Source: the human T2T-CHM13v2.0 reference genome, Homo sapiens. Taken from it: a DNA stretch of 64,000 nt. Each line of letters begins with the position of its first letter. Within the stretch, counting starts at the first letter, position 1. This document shows positions 55,691-64,000 of this stretch, in pieces. Below the pieces are notes generated by a model, which saw only the letters and a list, made by a program, of their open reading frames with translations, did not search any database and was not told where the DNA came from. The stretch lies in NCBI RefSeq assembly GCF_009914755.1, contig NC_060927.1; one strand, written 5' to 3'. The position numbers were made by a program, and so were the translations under genes.

Positions 55691-56546
55691 TATGGGGAGG
55701 AAAAAATCCTGTTTCTCTATTCTTCTAAAATCTGTACCTGGGGACTGTGAATTAAACTAACAAAAGACAGATTAATAGGAAAAAAAAGCATACTTTTTTT
55801 TTTTGAGACATGTCTCACTCTGTCACCCAGGTTGGAATGTAGTGGTGCAATCATAGCTCATTGCAGCTTTGATCTCCCAGGCTCAAATGATTCTCTTGCC
55901 TTAGCCTCTTGAGCAGCTGGCACTACAGGCATGCATCACCACACCTGGCTAATTTTTTATATTCATAGAGATGGGGTCACACTATGTTGCCCAGGCTGGT
56001 CTTGAACTCCTGAGCTCAAGCAATTCTCCTGCCTCAGCCTCCCAAATTGCTGGGATTACAAGCCACAAATTTTATTTGATATTAGTAATTTAATTTTTAC
56101 ATGCGGAGAGGATGTCATAGTAAAGAAGTGAAAATCAAAAAAGCAATTAGACCAGGTTTGTATACTATTTTAACTAAGGGTGATAAATTGTGTAGAAGTG
56201 ACAAGACAAAGGAAAAGAGATTTAGGCTTCTAGGAGCAGTTAATTGTGAGAAGTTAAGTATATGGGCAAACCTAGTGGAAGATTAGGGTTATTTTTAGTA
56301 AGATTTGTCTGTGCAGATCTATCTCAGTACTGAGTTTCTATCTCCAGTGATAGTGGTTGTCCTCCTGGTACAGCAGTGGGAACGGGGAAGACCCTCACAA
56401 AAGGAAGTGTATGTCCTCCTTTTAGGCCTATAGTGGGGAGGCAAAGAGCTCTTTCTGTGTTTGCTGCTTGCTGACTGCCTTCAGCTCAAAGTAAACCTTA
56501 TTGCCAAAGTGGCATATTTTGGGGTGTCATATTCTGATCTCTTTCA
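55691..56546 (-). mobile_element. MER34-family LTR interrupted by AluJ
   Basis: aacaaaagacagattaatagg // ...ccttcagctcaaa...gccaaagtggcatattttggggtg...ttca. Confidence 0.82.
55794..56062 (-). mobile_element. AluJ (5'-truncated)
   Basis: caatcatagctcattgcagc...ctcctgagctcaagcaa. Confidence 0.92.
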
Positions 56547-56709
56547 GTTCCTATTTATTATATTCTCCTGTCATTATGCTTTGTATATTTTATGACATTT
56601 TAAACCTGTGCCATGTGTAAAATGACAGTGAAAAGGAAGGTAATCCTCTTATGAAATGTCTTTCTAGTTGTCTAATTATAGGGTGCCCTATTAGTTTGTA
56701 GGAATTAAG

Positions 56710-56970
56710 CATTTTCAAAGGCATTTATTCAACGATTGTTTTTGTGTGGCTGTTAAGAGCCACAGGGTTGAAGATACAGTCGCAAAGAGAGACACAGTTC
56801 TTATCCTCATGAAGCTTATAATCTTATAAAGGCAGATATGTTATTCAAGTTATAATGCAAACAAATGTAAAATTGCTGCTCTAATAAGCGCCAGAATATG
56901 GTGATTTGACCTGTGGTGGTCAGAGAAAGCTTCTCTGAGCAACAAATGCCTGATCAGAGTTGAGAAGTAA
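56710..56970 (-). mobile_element. L2 fragment
   Basis: gaagatacag...cctcatgaagcttataatct...gtggtcagagaaagcttctctgag. Confidence 0.7.
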
Positions 56971-57104
56971 ACTAAACCAGAAAGTAAGACTAGAAGGATC
57001 CATTTGATTGGGAACTTTATTAGAATGCTTTCATTTTTCTTGAGATAGATGTGGAATCCATCTGTGCTGGGGAGGTAAAAAATTAGTCCACCTCTCAGGC
57101 AGAG

Positions 57105-57445
57105 GACAGACAGTGCTGTAGATAATGCACTGAGAATGGATTTTAGTTCCAGAAAAATATGAGTTCCAGCTTTAACTCAGCAACTTTTCGGTTGAAGATT
57201 TGGACAAACTAGTCAACCTCTCTGAACCTGAGGCTGCTAATCCGTAAAGTGGGCTCATAATCCTTATCTCAGATAATCATCTCAACTACTGTTTGTTATC
57301 AGTGTCATCAACATAGTGCTGATTTGCAATGTGATCTTAGGCAAACCATTTTATCTCTTTGAGTTTCAATTTCACACTTCTTTAAAATGGGGGATGTTGG
57401 ATTAAATGGTTTCAAGATTTCTTTCAGCTCTACATTTCCATGATT
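57105..57445 (+). mobile_element. MIR plus MIR3 fragments
   Basis: aacctctctgaacctg; gtgatcttaggcaa...aaaatgggggatgttggattaaatg...ttcagctcta. Confidence 0.7.
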
Positions 57446-58178
57446 TTGCAAGCAAATGTAAAGCTGGAAATTTCTGTCTAGATATCATGGGAAGCCTATA
57501 TCCTGGAAAGTTAGAAAAAGTGTTGTTTTTGGAAAGTAGACTTTTTAAAAGAGGCATAATTCCACCCGTTAGCGATTTTACTTATATTTCTTTAATCCAC
57601 ACTTAGAAGTTTCTATTATCTTAGATTCAATTTTATAGCACATATTTCTTCTACTAAAAAGCCTTTAAAGTGTTTCAGTGGGATGTTTAATTTCCCATTA
57701 TGGTTGGTTTCTCAAATCATTCCTTTTGTAATTGTCACATTTTTACAGTCCTGTTTAAAACAAATTCAGTTTTTCAACTAAAAATATCAAGCTGAGTTGG
57801 AAATCGAAATCCAAGGACTGCAAAATCAAATGATAATAAACCAACCATAAGGTTAAACTTTCCAACCACCACAAACTTAGAGACCACCAGAAATTTGTGT
57901 TACTTGTTTCTTATAAAATATAGAATAATCTTTTGAAGATTCTTGTGGCCAAAGTAAAATTTTATTACATTTCTAAATCTAGAAAAGGGAAAACTATTTT
58001 TAACACCTTGTTACTTATTTAAACATAAAAATATTTAGTTTGATTGGAGCCTCTTCTTGACTCTATTCATATTTCACTTAAATTACTATTGTTTTAGCTA
58101 TACAAAGCCTGCTTCTGATTATATTTATGTTAAACATTTAATCTTTCTTTGTAGAGCCACAGATTTAAGAAAGCATCC

Positions 58179-58180
<2 letters not shown>

Positions 58181-58222
<42 letters not shown>
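58181..58222. repeat. (AT)21 perfect microsatellite
   Basis: Seen directly. Confidence 0.97.
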
Positions 58223-58224
<2 letters not shown>

Positions 58225-58799
58225 CTATTTTGGTATTTTAAAATCTCACTCATGTTTTGATTAATAAATATTCTTAAGTGCTTTCATATTTATCTTTATT
58301 TTTACCTTAGGAAACACATATTGAATATATTAAATAGGTATACCAGGTGCTATTGTCCTTACGTTATAGGTTAGAAAACTGGGCCATTGATTTATTCAAG
58401 TTCGATTGTATATTTATCGAGTGAAAATTAGATCTCATATCTCATATCTTCTAACTTCTTATTTTGCATTGCCTTACTGATTTTCCAAGGTAAGGAAGAA
58501 CCTACCCAATCAAATGAAAGAGTGCTGACATGAATTAAATCTGGTTAAATGTCTGATGGTCTGATTGTCCTCAATGATTATAGCATTCAATGGTATTTTA
58601 TTTTCATTTACCCTTCCATTTGTTTCTTATAATATTTCCCATTTTGTTAGCCTATGTATAGATACGCTTTTCATTAGTGAATGTCCAATTATCATGCTTT
58701 CATTTTGGGTGGAAGACTGATTAGCATGGATTAATTAAGGTAATTAAATAATTATAGTTACTGTAATGTAACTATATAGAAATGAACATTAGCATGGCC

Positions 58800-59040
58800 T
58801 AATTATCTAGTATTTAGGAACATATGCTTTGGAGAGGTGATTTAAGTGGGCTTGAATTTGACCTTCCATACTTACTAGTAATGTGTGCTTTTACAAGTTA
58901 CTTAATCTTTATGAGCCTTAATTTCTCATCAGTAAAGAGGAGATAGTAGTCCTTACAGAGTTTATTTTTAATAGACACATTTCTATAATTGTACTATATT
59001 TTACACATGGTAAACTCTCAATATTATGATTAACAATGCT
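58800..59040 (+). mobile_element. MIR SINE
   Basis: caagttacttaatctttatgagccttaatttctcatcagtaaa. Confidence 0.75.
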
Positions 59041-59059
59041 TTTATTGCCCTAGCCATGG

Positions 59060-59416
59060 CTGTGATGTATCTCGTTATGAACCAATTATGCTCCCTTAGC
59101 ACCATAGTTATAGAGGATGGGACAGTTAATGCGAGTTAGGTTGTTTAGAGTTCTTCTCTGAGGAGTTATTGAATTGATGCTGAAGTAACAGAGCTGGTAT
59201 CAGAGAATTATACCAGTACGTAAGCAAGAAAGAAACAAGAATAAGCAAGAAAGTCTCAGAGGTGTTTGGGTTTCTGGATCCAGGGGTCCCTGTAGCTGGT
59301 TCCCTCTCTACCTTTTCTGTAGTTTTTGTATGCGGGCCAATAAAGTTCCATAACTTGTTAGTTTAGCTTAGTTTGATTTGGGTTCCTGTGACCCACTAAT
59401 GTAATCCAATAATACA
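59060..59416 (+). mobile_element. Old MLT1 (J/K-like) LTR
   Basis: gccaataaagttcc...tagtttgatttgggttcctgt...taataca. Confidence 0.6.
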
Positions 59417-59849
59417 ACATCTTAAAGACACATTTCTTTGTCTTCAAGTTAACATGTATTACTCACAACAGTATCTTAATACTTATTTATTTATATGTTT
59501 ATTTTGTTTCTCCCAATTACTAAAATGTAAGCTCTATTTGAACAAAAACTTGCAGTACTCTTTCTTCAGCTGTTGGAAAACCTCTACCACCTACTAGGTT
59601 CTCAGTAAATATTGGACGAATAAATGGATAAAAAGAGAAAGAAAGTGACACTTTTCTAAAAGTGCTCCTGAATTAAAATTGCATCTGTATTTCTTCCTGA
59701 ATAGACTAGAAAAGGACACAAATTTAACATTTATTGAGAACTTACACTGAGCTAGCCATCATGTTAGATATTATATACATTTTGAACTTGATGATATTAT
59801 CTCCATTTTACGAATGCACAAATGGAGGGACAAAGAGCTAAAGTCAAAT

Positions 59850-60162
59850 TGGTGGCCTCCTGGTTCTCTGCTCAGACCGACCTTTGAGAACCAGCTGCTT
59901 CCCCAGCTGCTGGGATGTGTCCAGTAGCTAGCACTTAACATGTTAGCCCTGCTTTAGGGATTGCCTCAGTGGAAGAGAGTACTCCTTTGTGCAATGTCAT
60001 GTCCCCTTTCCAGGGAAGCCCACATCTAATGCCTATAAAGGCCCAACACCATCAGCTCAGCTCTGGACAACTCCTGCTTCCGAACACCCCTTTCCCATAA
60101 ATTGATCTCACATCCCTCACTAATAAACAAGACTCTTCTTCCCAGGGAAACCAACCTGCTAT
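59850..60162 (+). mobile_element. LTR16C-like (ERVL) LTR
   Basis: ccccagctgctggga...gggattgcctcag...gcccacatctaatg...cttcccagggaaaccaacctg. Confidence 0.72.
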
Positions 60163-60395
60163 GGTAATTTTCAAATATCTCTGCCCAAGCTAGTGACATG
60201 GCCTCTCTAAGGAGGTAAAGTGGGCTGATACCCACTGAAACTGGGAGAAGTATAGTTCCAAGGTATGATCTGAGAAAGGGCTAGGTATTTTCTAGGGTCT
60301 TAAAGATAGGTTTTTTAGCTGGGATACAGGGAGCTTGTGATGAGATGATTGTCAGGGCAGCAGACATCAGACTATGCAGGGCCTTATAAGCCACG

Positions 60396-60768
60396 TATCT
60401 TGGTGCTTTTGTGCTGCTATAATAGAATACCACAGACTGGATACCTTGTGGATAGTAGAAATTTATGTCTCACAGTTCTGGAGGTTGGAAAGTCCAAGAT
60501 CAAGGCATCAGCATCTGGTGAGGGCCTTCTCGATGCTTCCTTCAGAGTGGAGGTAGCCATGCCTCACATATTGGAAAGTGGAAAGGCAAGCTAGCTAAAT
60601 CCTGCATGAAGCCTCTTCTAAGGCCTTTCTGAGGGCCTTAATCCCATTCATGAGGGAGGAGCCCTTCTGACCTAATCACCTCTTAAAGGCCCACCAGTTA
60701 ATACTATCACATTGACCATTAAGTCTCAACACTTGAATTTGGGAAGGGATGCATTCAAACCCTACCAT
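60396..60768 (-). mobile_element. MSTC/D-like LTR
   Basis: tgctgctataatagaataccacagactgg...aagtccaagatcaagg...ctaatcacctcttaaaggccc. Confidence 0.88.
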
Positions 60769-62282
60769 CATGCAAAGAAGCCAAAGTTATATTTCCTATT
60801 GTCCCTACCCTTTCCTCAGATACCAGGATTTGCCTATCTCCATCTCTAGCTACAATTGTTCTGAATTTTGGGGCCCGTTTTTGCTGCATGAATTTGTATT
60901 TGAATTCAAGACTTGAAAGATTAATTTTCCTTTCAGAATGTTATTCATATACCCCTTCATTCTTAACCTGCTCACTGGTTTCCTACCATAATTACAGTCT
61001 CAAACAGTGGTTGCATTCTGGCAAAACGATGTTTTGAGTTAGAGTTGTTATGCAGTTAGTCAGTTGTTTGTAGTTAAAAAGTCTCTTTCTTATTCACTGA
61101 AATGACTGGAGTCCCAGCTGCTAGGATTCAAAGGCAACAGGGAAGACTTCCTAGAGTTTCATGTGATCATAAAAACCTTTCCAGACGTTTTAAGTGATTA
61201 TGATTTCTATGCTGCATTGACTTACAATTAGAGATCATTCAAGTAACTTAGAATTCAGTAACTTCTAGGTCACAGAGAGGCTCAGATACACACTGTTGAC
61301 AGCCTTTTGGTGTCTTTGTATGTGTGTGTGTGTGTATACATACATACACACTAAACTGTACTGCTGTATGTGTGGGAAAAAGTCTAAATACTAAGCATTT
61401 TTATTCTATTTTGGGCAAGTATCTGTGCTCAATGGATGCAAGTTGGTATCTAAAATCTAAAAAATGCAAAGATAAATGGATCATCTGTGTACTTCAAGCT
61501 TTATTTTCTTGCATAGTTTTTTCCTAGTATTTCCTGACAACCTAGAACAGTAGTTCTCGCCTTTGACTGCCTATTGCCATTGCCCGTAGCATATTTTAGA
61601 TCTAAGGATCCCTGGACAGATACTCTAACTCAGTGGATGGAGCCCAGGTAGCTGTTTTGTTTGTCGTGGTAGTTGCTCTTTTTAATGTCTACCCATTGTC
61701 CTGTAAGACAACTAGGGTTGTGAACCATCGGTTTTTTACACTATCTAAAAGGAAGGTGTCTGTGGATTGAGGATATTTCTTACCTTGCCTACTTCCACAC
61801 TTTCAACTTTCTAAAATTCCTGGGATTCATGCTCCCATTCCCCAAAGAATAGTGAGTTACCTATAATTATCTACAGCATCTATCAATAATGCCTTTAGTT
61901 CCTCACTTTGAGTTCTGCTTAGAGCTAAACATATTCTAAGCGAAGTAAGGAGGTTTCATGCTTCTGTGTATGCATAAGTGTGCCTGACAAAGAGATGAAA
62001 CATGAAAGTGAAACAATACTGATAAATGAAATTTAAAAATATAGTATGACTTTGATAGGTAGTCTGTATTCTGGCACTTCATGAAATCTCCAAATTATTG
62101 TATATTACCATAGCATGCAATTTTTACTTATAGCATGGTAAAGCAGAGCTCCTCCTTTTGAGTGATGTACAGCTATTGCACCACTCTAAGTGGTAACTTA
62201 ACACAGAATAAATATGAATAGAATTATCTAGAGTTGTACAACTCAGTACCTTTGGTTTGGACCAGAGAAAAAGGCCTTAGAG

Positions 62283-62496
62283 TAGTGGTTTTCAACCAGG
62301 AGTGATTTCGCCCTTCAGGAGCATTTGGTAACATTTGGAAATATTTTTAGCTGTTAACGCTAATGAGGGAGAGACTTGCACCTGGTCAGTAGAGGCCAAA
62401 GATGCTGCTACATGTTCTGCAACACTCAGGACAACTGAATGCCCAAAAAGAATTATCTTGCCCCAAATGGAATCATGCTGAGGTTGAGAAACTCTG
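62283..62496. mobile_element. MER20 hAT DNA transposon
   Basis: agtggttttcaacc...gtagaggccaaagatgctgcta...gaggttgagaaactctg; 8-bp TSD ccttagag/gcttagag. Confidence 0.9.
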
Positions 62497-63138
62497 GCTT
62501 AGAGAATTGTATTAGTCATCCTGGCCCATAAAATTCCCATGAAAATTTGGGAACGAGGGGAGGATTCATATGTATCTTTTTGGTATTGTATTTCTGGCGC
62601 CTGGGAGCTTGCTCAGCATGCAGTAGTTGCTAAATATGTTTTTGGATGACTGAGTGATGGCATGATTTGAATCAGACAACATTATTTTACCAGCCTTGGA
62701 ATCTGGGCAAAAGTGGGCTGCTTAGGAGCAAAGACACGAGTCTGTGTATTTCTGTGGTTGCCTTTCCATGGAAATTCCCATTCAAGGGGATACCTAATAT
62801 GTAAGGATTAAAGATGCCTCCTCCATGGATTTTCCATGGTGTCTCACATTCTCTAATTAGTTATTCCTTAAAGTTTTGTCCACCTGTGTATCTTTAGTGG
62901 TATGGCTTCATGTCACCTCAAATATGGAGGCATTAGCTTTGTTTAGTTCAGTATATACCAGATTATGGGATGGAAAATACTGAAGGGATATCAAATGATC
63001 ATACGTAATCTAAGATATAATTAAATAATAAACTTACATAAAGCATTTAAAAAAAATTTAGTTCTCTTTCCCTTAATTCTTTCAATATTTCAGGTAGAGT
63101 CAAAGGCTGGTTTTGTGCTATCATGATTTTATAACTAA

Positions 63139-63472
<334 letters not shown>

Positions 63473-64000
63473 CTCTTTTTCATAAAGAGACAGCAAACCT
63501 CAAAATCAGAGATTCAGCTTGCCACAGGTCTATTTAAAATTGTTTTTATTTCAATTCATGTATTTTTTATGTAAAGTAGTGTTGATTTCCTGTTTATAGC
63601 AGTGGAGAACATATTAAGATATTTTAATTTAAATAGAAAAGTAAGCCAATTACAAATAAGTGCAAGTAGCGTACAGATATGAAAAAAATCATAATCATGT
63701 CACTTAAATAGGCGAAGAAATCATTGAATTTATTTGTTTTGTTAACATTGTCTCATCTTGAAGGAGAAGATGGAATCTGGAGATTGCAGCTTGAATGGCT
63801 CCGGAAGAGGCAGCATGTTCGGTGGATTGGATGTGTTTGCATAACTGTGGGACCACATGGGAGGTGACGCAGGAAGGCTGAAAGAGGACAGTCTCCAAAG
63901 GAGGGAGCAAACCTTGAAAACACCTGCAGGGCCCTTTTAATGGCCAACTGCATCAATTTAAAACGTTCACTTGCTCCCCCATGGCTGTCTGTCCAGGCAG

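Overview
This is primate, almost certainly human, genomic DNA (AluY, AluS, AluJ, L1PA2-like and THE1 elements). I recognise it from memory, without a database check, as the 5' end of CHL1 (close homolog of L1, 3p26.3), transcribed on the + strand. It has a CpG-island promoter (~2520-4290), non-coding exon 1 ending at 2882, a ~47.5 kb intron 1, and an 80-nt non-coding exon 2 (50432-50511). The start codon lies beyond the window, so no genuine CDS is present; the ORF-track entries are GC-rich, Alu, L1 or chance ORFs. An overlapping spliced antisense lncRNA, probably CHL1-AS2, can be reconstructed from minus-strand splice signals and an L2-derived polyA signal. The rest is intronic DNA with many nested transposable elements; subfamily calls are by eye and boundaries of old elements are approximate. 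I found no evidence of a wholly new biological system. The best leads are regulatory hypotheses: a sense THE1 LTR with a DUX4 consensus site and splice donors upstream of exon 2, cryptic 5'UTR cassette exons (one carrying three uAUGs), a near-zero-spacer inverted Alu pair, and a TCF/LEF motif cluster.
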